A stretch of DNA of 64,000 bases from Eubacteriales bacterium (GTDB lineage Bacteria > Bacillota > Clostridia > Oscillospirales > CAG-272). Of this stretch, positions 51,623 to 59,269 are shown piece after piece. The position numbers and the translations under genes are program-made. The DNA is taken from NCBI GenBank assembly GCA_045612185.1, contig JAZKYO010000030.1, positions 18,506 to 82,505 of the forward strand. The letters are read 5' to 3'. Under the pieces are notes generated by a model, which saw nothing but the letters and a program-made list of their open reading frames with translations, ran no database searches and was not told where the DNA came from. The stretch's first letter is position 1; the number at the start of each line of letters is the position of its first letter.

Positions 51623-52612
51623 TCAATAATTATTTACAAAGGCAAGGGCAAGGTCGCGGCAAGCTTCCGCGTCCTTAAGGTCAATCACCTCAACCGACGA
51701 GTGAATATATCTCGACGGGATAGAGAGAGCGCCCGCGCGAACTCCGCTGCCCGACACCTGAATAGAGCTTGTATCGGTTCCGCCGTATTTGAGTATCTCG
51801 CACTGGTAAGGAATCTTATTTTCCTTGGCAAGCTCCACAAGCTTTTCAACCATTTCGTGGTCACAAATAACCGAAGCATCTTTTATCTTTATCGCCGCGC
51901 CTTCGCCAAGCTTGACAGCCATTGGCTGGGCGCCTATGGTATCGCCCGTTCCCGTAACGTCAAAGACAATTGCGCAATCGGGAGCAAGTCGGTTTGCGGC
52001 GGTTTTTGCACCTCTGCAGCCAACCTCTTCCTGCGTTGAGAAAACGAACCAAACGTCGTTTTTCGTTTCGCCGAGGTTTTTGGCGATATCGTAAAGCACA
52101 GCGCAACCGATTCTGTCGTCAAACGGTCTGCCCGCTATACGCTTGCCCATAAGCTTGTCTATTGAAGCCTCGGCAACTGCGACGTCTCCGATTTTTATCT
52201 TCTTCTCTGCCGTTTTTTTGCTATCCGCGCCGATATCCACGTAATAGCTGTCGGATTTTTTGTTATCGTCAGCTTTTCCCTCCGGAACAAGCACGCCCTT
52301 AGTTCCGTTTTCAAATACTATTTTGGAATACGCCGAGGCGGCAAAGTTTATTCCGCCTATATTGGCTACGCGGATATATCCGTTATCCTCAATATAAGTT
52401 GCCATAAAACCGATTTCATCAGCGTGAGCGCAAAGCATTATGCTTTTGGGGGACTCGGCTGTTCCTTTCTTAAGCGCCATAAGGTTGCCGAGATTGTCAA
52501 AGCTACATTCGTCCACGTACGGGGCGATAAGCGTTCTTATTTTTTCAAGAAGCTCCGACTCTCTGCCCGACACCGCGGGTACATTTATTATCTGTTTCAA
52601 AAAATTATACAT
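51623..52612 (-). CDS. M42-family metallopeptidase (paralog 3 of 3)
   Basis: I chose the ATG at 52612 ('MYNFLKQII', RBS AGGGAA). Motifs are 'CAHADEIGF', 'DDRIGC' and 'STQEEVG'. Confidence 0.85.
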   Translation of the reverse strand: MYNFLKQIINVPAVSGRESELLEKIRTLIAPYVDECSFDNLGNLMALKKGTAESPKSIMLCAHADEIGFMATYIEDNGYIRVANIGGINFAASAYSKIVFENGTKGVLVPEGKADDNKKSDSYYVDIGADSKKTAEKKIKIGDVAVAEASIDKLMGKRIAGRPFDDRIGCAVLYDIAKNLGETKNDVWFVFSTQEEVGCRGAKTAANRLAPDCAIVFDVTGTGDTIGAQPMAVKLGEGAAIKIKDASVICDHEMVEKLVELAKENKIPYQCEILKYGGTDTSSIQVSGSGVRAGALSIPSRYIHSSVEVIDLKDAEACRDLALAFVNNY

Positions 52613-52625
52613 TTGTATTCCCTTT

Positions 52626-53696
52626 CTATACCGATTTCCAAGATTCAATTAATGCCGACACAAGCTCGATTATAGCCTCATAGTCGTCAAGCGAAGCTAC
52701 GCAGGCGGGAGAATGCAAGTATCTTGTGGGAGCGGAAATCGCAACTGTTTTTACGCCGTCACCGCTCTTGTGGATATGCGCCGCATCGTTCCCTCCCGAA
52801 ACGTATCTCTTAACCTGAGCTTTGATGCCTTTAAGCTCCGCAAGCTCAAGCACGTACGACACAAGTTTATGGTTATACACCGTTCCTCGGTCCATAACCG
52901 ATATAACTCCGCCCTCTCCAACATCTGCCACACGCAAAGCAGGCGGCACGTCGTCTATATCCGCTATGGCGGTAGTTTCAAGGACTATAGCATAGTCGGG
53001 TTTTATTACCTGAGCCACTGTCTGCGCGCCCGAAAGTCCGACCTCCTCACGCACGGTAAAGCAAAAATACAGTTCGTTTTCGCTCTTTATTTTGCCTTCA
53101 GCCAGAGCTTTCATAATCTCAAGCATTACCGCGCAACCGAGACGGTCGTCAAGAGCCTTGGACTTAACGAGTCGGTTATTTTTGCCAAAGGTTACAAACT
53201 CGCTGTCAAAGGTGGCAAAATCGCCTATACTTACGTATTTCTCAGCCTCCTCGTCGGAGCTTGCGCCAATATCTATATACATATCCGAAACCTTGGTAGC
53301 TTTTTTACGCTCATCGGCTTTCTGGTGGTGTATCGCCTTGGAAGCGATAACGCCGTTTATCCGTCTCTCCTCGTCTCCAATAACAACGTTGCGGCCGCAA
53401 AGCACGCGGGGATCTATTCCCCCAAGGGTATCGAATCTGAGATAACCGTCTTTATCTATTTCGGTTATCATCATTCCCACCTCGTCCATGTGGGCGGAGA
53501 TCATAATTTTCTTTGTGTGCCTTGTATGAACCTCGGGCGAAACTCTGAAAACAAAGTTTCCCATTCGGTCAGTGGCATAATTATCGCAATGGCTCTCGGC
53601 TATTTTACAGATAAGCTCGCCCACGTTTCCCTCGCAGCCGGTTGGTCCGAACGCCTGCGAAAGCTTTTTCAACAATTCAACTCTATCATTATACAT
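52626..53696 (-). CDS. M42-family metallopeptidase (paralog 2 of 3)
   Basis: I chose the ATG at 53696, 9 nt after GGAGG. It overlaps the upstream stop by 8 nt. Motifs are 'SAHMDEVGM', 'DDRLGC' and 'TVREEVG'. Confidence 0.85.
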   Translation of the reverse strand: MYNDRVELLKKLSQAFGPTGCEGNVGELICKIAESHCDNYATDRMGNFVFRVSPEVHTRHTKKIMISAHMDEVGMMITEIDKDGYLRFDTLGGIDPRVLCGRNVVIGDEERRINGVIASKAIHHQKADERKKATKVSDMYIDIGASSDEEAEKYVSIGDFATFDSEFVTFGKNNRLVKSKALDDRLGCAVMLEIMKALAEGKIKSENELYFCFTVREEVGLSGAQTVAQVIKPDYAIVLETTAIADIDDVPPALRVADVGEGGVISVMDRGTVYNHKLVSYVLELAELKGIKAQVKRYVSGGNDAAHIHKSGDGVKTVAISAPTRYLHSPACVASLDDYEAIIELVSALIESWKSV

Positions 53697-54738
53697 TGCC
53701 AAACACCTCCGCGATTTTTTTGTCTGTCACGAAAGCGGCGATAAGCACTGTAAGCTCTTCCGCATCTCCAAGGTCAAGTATCTCGTTATAGGTGTGCATA
53801 CACTTAAGCGGAAGTCCCACGTCAACCACGGGAACACCGCCGCGCACCAGTGAAAGCGCGGTTGCATTAGTTCCCGTACTGCTTGCCGACACAATCTTTT
53901 GACACTTGATTTCCTTTTCCTCACAAAGCTGAGAGATCATTTTTGTCAGCTTGCGATCGGTAACGGCTGACAGCGTTATTGACACGCCCTCGCCCATTTT
54001 AACCGTCTCGCTTGATTTTGTATCGGGAGTTTTTGCAAGATTTACGTCAACCACTATGGCGTAATCGGGAGCGATCGTATAGGTCCCGCATACCACGCCG
54101 CCAAGTCTGTCGGTTTCTTCGTGTGCCGAAAGCAACAGGTATACATCACCCGCTAAACTTTCGCGCGGGGTTTCAGCCAAAGCCTTAACCGCGCAAGCGG
54201 CGCACGCCTTATTGTCAAAGCCTTTTCCCGCAAGCTGTGAGCCGAGAAGCTCGGTGTACTTGGGCTTGAATCCGACGGGAGTTCCTATTGAAACAAGCTC
54301 CTCAAGCTCTTCTCTGCCGTAGCCTGTATCTATAAGAAGCTCGTCTACGCTTTTAAGCCTATCTCTGTCCTTCTCCGAGGAAAGGTGAGGCGGTGTTGAA
54401 GCCACCACACCAAAAATCGTTTGCTTTCCGTATATTACCACGTCAGCGGCTTGCATTATACGGGTGTCAAGTCCGCCTACGTTTACCACTTTAAGGAATC
54501 CGCCGTCCTTGATTTCGGCAACGTACATTCCTATCTCGTCAAAATGCGTATCCACAACGATTTTGGGCGCGTTATCTCTGCCACATTTTTTCACAAGCAC
54601 CTGATTTCTGAGGTTATCGCAAAAATATTCGTCGAAATACTCATCCGCTATTTTCTTTATTACGTTCGAGCATCTGTCCTCATGTCCGGTAATTGACATA
54701 AGTCCCGAAAGCTCCGTTATCAACTTTTTTAATTCCAT
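53689..54738 (-). CDS. M42-family metallopeptidase (paralog 1 of 3)
   Basis: Motifs are 'DTHFDEIGM', 'FDNKACAA' and 'SAHEETD'. Confidence 0.8.
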   Translation of the reverse strand: MELKKLITELSGLMSITGHEDRCSNVIKKIADEYFDEYFCDNLRNQVLVKKCGRDNAPKIVVDTHFDEIGMYVAEIKDGGFLKVVNVGGLDTRIMQAADVVIYGKQTIFGVVASTPPHLSSEKDRDRLKSVDELLIDTGYGREELEELVSIGTPVGFKPKYTELLGSQLAGKGFDNKACAACAVKALAETPRESLAGDVYLLLSAHEETDRLGGVVCGTYTIAPDYAIVVDVNLAKTPDTKSSETVKMGEGVSITLSAVTDRKLTKMISQLCEEKEIKCQKIVSASSTGTNATALSLVRGGVPVVDVGLPLKCMHTYNEILDLGDAEELTVLIAAFVTDKKIAEVFGNV

Positions 54739-54751
54739 TAAAACTGCCTTT

Positions 54752-56182
54752 CTATACCATCGAATTTACTATGTTCTTAAAGGTTGCTCCGCGCTCCTCG
54801 AAATTCTTGAAGGCGTCAAAGCTGGCGCACGCCGGAGACAGCAGGACCACGTCTCCACCGCACGAAATCTTGCGCGCGGTTTCCACAGCCTCGGTAAAAT
54901 CGGGCTTTATAAGTATTGTAAGATTGCTTTCCGCAAAATACTCGGAACGTCTTACAGAGGCGTTTATCGCCTCACGTGTCGCACCTGTAAGTACGATCGC
55001 TTTAGCTCGTCTGCAAAGAACGTGGCCAAGCTCATCAAACGGAATATGCTTGTCGTATCCACCGCATATAACGATAGGCTTAAGCTCTCCAAATGCGGAA
55101 ATTGCGGCTATGGTACGGGTGGGACTGGAGTCGATAGAGCTGTTGTAATATTTTACTCCGTCAAGCTCTCGCACAAACTCAAGTCTGTGCTCCACCCCGC
55201 CAAAGTTGGTTGCAACCTTTCTGATACTATTATAGCTTACCAGTCCGTCAAGCAATGCGATTGCTGTCATATAGTTTTCCAGATTATGTCTGCCAACCAA
55301 TTTTATATCAGCGGTTTTTGCCATCATTCGCTCCAGAGTTCCGTCGCTGAGAATAACCTCGCCGTCTCTTTCAAATATAGCCTTTCTGCCGTGGCGTTCC
55401 TCGTATATATCGTGAAAATCGGTTTTCTTTGAAGAAACCACAGTAACCGCTGTTTCAAAGCTGTCGGCATACGAAAAGGTAGCCTCACACTCGGCGTTGG
55501 TAACCAGTCTGTCAAGCTTTGCGCCACGGCAAAGATTAAACTTGCATGCGCTGTATTCAGCCATATCTGTATGCCAATCAAGGTGATTGGGAGATATGTT
55601 GGTTATTGCTGCGCGGTAAGGCGTATATTTCATGGTCTTAAGCTGAAAGCTTGAAAGCTCGACAACCACGAAATCCTCCTCTGACATTTCGGACACGAGA
55701 GGCAACAGAGGTTTTCCTATATTTCCGCCCACGTAAACCTTATTCTTTCCCTTAGAGGCAAGCTCCGTCTCAAGTATCATATGTGTAAGCGTGGTTGTGG
55801 TGGTTTTTCCGTCACTTCCCGTTATAGCTATAACGCGCGCGGGGGTAAGCTCAAGGAAAAGCTCCATTTCCGAAGTAAGCCACGCTCCTTTTTCCACAGC
55901 CTCTACTATTGCGGGAATATCATCCCTTATTCCCGGAGTACGGAAAATAACCTCGGCATCTATACTGTCAAGGTAATGCTCTCCTCCAATAAAATTAACG
56001 CCCTGCAAATTATATTCAAGCGCTTTATCGCCAAGATCGTCAAGATTTTTCTTGTCGTGTACTGTAATGTCTTTTACCCCGAGATCAAGCAAAAACTGCA
56101 CCAAAGGCTCGTTTGATATGCCAAAGCCAAGCACTGCCGTCTTACTGTTCTTTATTTTTTCCAGAAGTTCGGTATTCTTCAT
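54752..56182 (-). CDS. murD: UDP-N-acetylmuramoyl-L-alanine--D-glutamate ligase
   Basis: It has an N-terminal Rossmann-like region 'VLGFGISN' and the ATP site 'ITGSDGKTTTTTL'. The length and Mur ligase C-terminal domain fit MurD. Confidence 0.88.
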   Translation of the reverse strand: MKNTELLEKIKNSKTAVLGFGISNEPLVQFLLDLGVKDITVHDKKNLDDLGDKALEYNLQGVNFIGGEHYLDSIDAEVIFRTPGIRDDIPAIVEAVEKGAWLTSEMELFLELTPARVIAITGSDGKTTTTTLTHMILETELASKGKNKVYVGGNIGKPLLPLVSEMSEEDFVVVELSSFQLKTMKYTPYRAAITNISPNHLDWHTDMAEYSACKFNLCRGAKLDRLVTNAECEATFSYADSFETAVTVVSSKKTDFHDIYEERHGRKAIFERDGEVILSDGTLERMMAKTADIKLVGRHNLENYMTAIALLDGLVSYNSIRKVATNFGGVEHRLEFVRELDGVKYYNSSIDSSPTRTIAAISAFGELKPIVICGGYDKHIPFDELGHVLCRRAKAIVLTGATREAINASVRRSEYFAESNLTILIKPDFTEAVETARKISCGGDVVLLSPACASFDAFKNFEERGATFKNIVNSMV

Positions 56183-56223
56183 GAAAATCTTCCCCTCTCA
56201 CAAAATATACTACATCATTTTAT

Positions 56224-56252
56224 ATTATATATTAATTCGACGATTTATGCAA
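56224..56252 (-). promoter_or_regulatory. promoter of the murD-M42 peptidase operon
   Basis: Minus strand reads TTGCAT-17-TATAAT. Confidence 0.5.
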
Positions 56253-56388
56253 GAGCAATTTGTTAATTTTTGAAAAAAGATGAAAAATATTTAATTTTCC
56301 TCTTTTCAAAATGAAAAATTTCTGTTATAATTATACTTGGAGTAATTTAGATTTGACACAAGTATAAAATCGAAAGGACATATATAAA

Positions 56389-58386
56389 GTGGCAACAAAC
56401 AAAAGCAAACAGGAATACGGCAACCAAAGTATAACCGCCCTGAAAGGCGCGGACAGAGTAAGAAAACGCCCAAGCGTTATATTTGGCTCGGACGGACTTG
56501 AGGGCTGTCAGCATTCGTTTTTCGAAATCCTTTCAAACTCGGTTGACGAGGCCAAAGAGGGACACGGTAACGAGATAACCGTTACCGCATACCTTGACAA
56601 CTCAATCACAGTTGACGACAAGGGACGCGGAGTTCCGCTTGGGTACAACGAAAAGGAAGGAAGATGGAACTGGGATCTTATATACTGTGAGCTATATGCG
56701 GGCGGAAAATACAACAACAACGACAGCGAGGCTGCTTACGAGTACTCTCTCGGTCTTAACGGTCTTGGTGCGTGCGCTACCCAATACAGCTCAGAATACA
56801 TGGACGTTTATTCCTACGACGGCAAGTTCGTGCGCTCCATTCACTTTAAAAAGGGCGAGCCCTGCAGCGAGCTTGAAGAACGTGAGCTTGAGCGCAAGGA
56901 AAAACGCACGGGTACGGTTATTCATTGGAAGCCCGACCTTGAAGTCTTTACTGACATAAGGATTCCCCATGAGTTTTTCATCGAAACCATGCGCCGTCAG
57001 TCGGTAGCCAACGCGGGAATCTCTTTCGTTCTTAAGCTCGAGCTTGATGACGGAAGCTTTGAGGAGCATAAGTTCCTCTACCCGGGCGGCATCTCCGACT
57101 ACATTGCCGAGATTGCGGGTGAGGCTTCTATGACCGCGCCCTACTTCTGGCATCTTGAGACCAAGGGACGCGACCGTGACGACAAGCCCGAGTACAAGCT
57201 GAAGGCCGACTTTTCCTTCTGCGTTTCCAACAGCATCAACCTTATAGAGTATTATCACAACTCAAGCTTTCTTGAGTACGGCGGTTCGCCTGACAAGGCT
57301 GTAAAACTAGGATTTGCCTACGCACTTGACAAATACATCAAAAACGCGGGAAAATATACCAAAAACGAGTCAAAGATCACCTTTAACGACGTAAGCGACT
57401 GTCTTATTCTCGTCATCAACAGCGTTTCTACGATAACGTCATACGAAAATCAGACAAAAAAAGCTATCAACAACAAGTTTATCTACGAGGCGATGTATGA
57501 GTCGATAAAGACGAATCTTGAGATTTTCTTCATCGAAAATCCTCAAAGCGCGGAAGTTTTTGCAAACCAAGTACTGATAAATAAGCGTAGCCGCGAGTCT
57601 GCCGAAAACGCGAGACTCAACATCAAGAAGAAGCTGACGGGCACGCTTGACATAGCCAGCAGAGTGGAAAAGTTTGTAAACTGCCGTTCAAAAGACCCGA
57701 CCAGAAGAGAGCTTTATATAGTTGAGGGTGATTCGGCACTTTCGTCCTGTAAACTGGCGCGCGACGCTGAATTCCAAGCCATTATTCCCGTCAGAGGTAA
57801 GACGCTTAACTGTTTGAAGAGCTCTTACGATAAGATTTTCAAATCAGAGATAATAACCGATCTGTTAAGAGTTATCGGTTGCGGAGTGGAGATTCAAGGC
57901 AAGGTAAAAACCGACATGCCCGCGTTTGACATTGAGTCCTTGCGTTGGTCAAAGATTATTATTTGTACCGATGCCGACGAGGACGGCTTCCAGATAAGAA
58001 CTCTGCTTCTTACGCTGTTCTACCGTCTGCTTCCCTCTCTTCTTGCAGCGGGCAAGGTGTTTATCGCCGAGTCTCCGCTGTTTGAAATCACCTGCAAGGA
58101 CGATATTTATTTTGCGTATAACGAGTTTGAAAAAACTGAAATTCTTAAAAAGCTCGAAGGCAAAAAATACACCCTGCAGCGTTCCAAGGGTCTTGGTGAA
58201 AACGAGCCGGAAATGATGTCAAAAACCACCATGAAGCCCGAATCCCGCCGCCTTATCGCGGTTACTACCACCGATGCGGCAAAAACATTCGAGATTTTTG
58301 ACACGCTACTTGGCGACAACCTCCCCGCCAGAAAAGAATTTATCACACTTCACGGCAAGGAATACGTCAAGGATGCCGACATATAA
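56389..58386 (+). CDS. type IIA DNA topoisomerase, ATPase (B) subunit, divergent GyrB/ParE-like
   Basis: It uses a GTG start. The GHKL Asn context is 'EILSNSVDEA'. The Toprim motifs are 'LYIVEGDSA' and 'ICTDADEDGFQIRTLLLTLFYR'. 'QRSKGLGENEPEMM' is also present. No A-subunit gene lies next to it. Confidence 0.8.
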   Translation: MATNKSKQEYGNQSITALKGADRVRKRPSVIFGSDGLEGCQHSFFEILSNSVDEAKEGHGNEITVTAYLDNSITVDDKGRGVPLGYNEKEGRWNWDLIYCELYAGGKYNNNDSEAAYEYSLGLNGLGACATQYSSEYMDVYSYDGKFVRSIHFKKGEPCSELEERELERKEKRTGTVIHWKPDLEVFTDIRIPHEFFIETMRRQSVANAGISFVLKLELDDGSFEEHKFLYPGGISDYIAEIAGEASMTAPYFWHLETKGRDRDDKPEYKLKADFSFCVSNSINLIEYYHNSSFLEYGGSPDKAVKLGFAYALDKYIKNAGKYTKNESKITFNDVSDCLILVINSVSTITSYENQTKKAINNKFIYEAMYESIKTNLEIFFIENPQSAEVFANQVLINKRSRESAENARLNIKKKLTGTLDIASRVEKFVNCRSKDPTRRELYIVEGDSALSSCKLARDAEFQAIIPVRGKTLNCLKSSYDKIFKSEIITDLLRVIGCGVEIQGKVKTDMPAFDIESLRWSKIIICTDADEDGFQIRTLLLTLFYRLLPSLLAAGKVFIAESPLFEITCKDDIYFAYNEFEKTEILKKLEGKKYTLQRSKGLGENEPEMMSKTTMKPESRRLIAVTTTDAAKTFEIFDTLLGDNLPARKEFITLHGKEYVKDADI

Positions 58387-58387
58387 A

Positions 58388-58422
58388 AGAAAAGGTGCAG
58401 TTCACTCAAACTGCACCTTTTA
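58388..58422. terminator. bidirectional terminator between the topoisomerase B gene and the TetR gene
   Basis: aaaggtgcagtt-cactca-aactgcaccttt. Confidence 0.85.
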
Positions 58423-58424
58423 TA

Positions 58425-58943
58425 TTAATTCGGAAGCGGAGACACCATATCGGAGCTTAGCTTGATTTCTTCGGCAAACTTTTTTGGAGAAACGGGACAA
58501 TCGGATTGCAACCAATTTCTTACCGCACAAAAAACTCCGTATATCAAAAAATCTTTTCGCACGTCCGTGCTGCCGGATAACGGGCTGTACTTAGGCAGGA
58601 AACGCGTGCTTCTCTCCTCAAAATGGACGAAAAACGAATTTTCGGCATTGCTTGCAAACACGTTTTTATAGAAAGTCTTATTCTCGCACAAGTACTCGCA
58701 AAGGGCGCAAGTATAGTCTATCCATCCAACGTCTGCGACGTTTTCCAAAGGAACAAAAAACTCGGTATCAAATATCCAATTAATAATCTCGTATTTATCC
58801 TTGAAATGATAGTAAAAATTTTTTCTGCTCATATAACTGCGCGAGCATATCTCGCTTACGGTTATTTTGTCAAACGAGCTTTGCGTCATTAAATTCTTCA
58901 TGGACTTTGCCAGCTCAGCCTTGGTAATATTTGCCCCTGTCAT
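58425..58943 (-). CDS. TetR/AcrR-family transcriptional regulator (DhaS-like subgroup)
   Basis: I chose the ATG at 58943 (RBS GGAGGAG). The HTH is 'FDKITVSEICSRSYMSRKNFYYHFKDKYEIINWIF'. Confidence 0.75.
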   Translation of the reverse strand: MTGANITKAELAKSMKNLMTQSSFDKITVSEICSRSYMSRKNFYYHFKDKYEIINWIFDTEFFVPLENVADVGWIDYTCALCEYLCENKTFYKNVFASNAENSFFVHFEERSTRFLPKYSPLSGSTDVRKDFLIYGVFCAVRNWLQSDCPVSPKKFAEEIKLSSDMVSPLPN

Positions 58944-58961
58944 TTTCTCCTCCGAATTTAT

Positions 58962-59006
58962 AAAAATAAAAAACGAGACTTCTCTGCCATTGCAGATAAG
59001 TCTCGT
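58962..59006 (-). terminator. intrinsic terminator inside the TetR leader
   Basis: The minus-strand sequence is 'ACGAGACUU-AU-CUGCAAUGGCAG-AG-AAGUCUCGU' followed by UUUUUUAUUUUU. It ends about 18 nt before the TetR RBS, and no gene lies upstream on this strand. Confidence 0.7.
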
Positions 59007-59081
59007 CAATCAAGATAAGACCGGGATTAAAATCCGTACTGTTGGTCTTATCACACTATGTGCCGACTACTCCCCTATTTA
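58962..59081 (-). promoter_or_regulatory. structured 5' leader: candidate yybP-ykoY-like (Mn2+) riboswitch with intrinsic terminator, upstream of the TetR gene
   Basis: The minus-strand RNA starts about at the predicted TSS with 'AAUAAAUAGGGGAGUAG' (GGGGAGUAG at 59075..59067). Proposed pairings are AUAGG (59078-59074) with CUUAU (59000-58996) and GUCGG with UUGAC. The 3' loop strand is GAGA. There is a hairpin CACA-UAG-UGUG and an 8-bp helix AUAAGACC/GGUCUUAU enclosing a hairpin. The CUUAU strand is shared with the terminator stem. No equivalent of helix P4 is visible. Confidence 0.4.
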
Positions 59082-59087
59082 TTAATT

Positions 59088-59116
59088 ATTGTATCAGAAA
59101 AAAATGAATTTTTCAA
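59088..59116 (-). promoter_or_regulatory. sigma-A-type promoter for the leader/TetR transcript
   Basis: Minus strand reads TTGAAA-17 nt-TACAAT. Confidence 0.55.
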
Positions 59117-59209
59117 GACTTTTTGATGGTATTTTGATTAATTTTTCCATATTTGTCGAAATATCTTTTTAAGAAACACAAAAATGTTACAGTAAGCTCA
59201 CTCTGTCTG

Positions 59210-59238
59210 TTGACACGGATCGATTTTTTTGGTAAAAT
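59210..59238 (+). promoter_or_regulatory. sigma-A-type promoter of the P-type ATPase gene
   Basis: TTGACA-17 nt-TAAAAT with TG two nt upstream of the -10. It lies about 30 nt before the start codon. Confidence 0.7.
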
Positions 59239-59269
59239 TAATCAAAAGTTATTCAGGGAGGTACAAAAT

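Noticed and set aside
51623-54738. Three tandem M42 peptidase paralogs as an unusual expansion
   Set aside because: Three adjacent M42 (FrvX/YsdC/PepA-like) genes are a common arrangement, because these enzymes form hetero- or homo-dodecamers. All three keep the metal-binding motifs.
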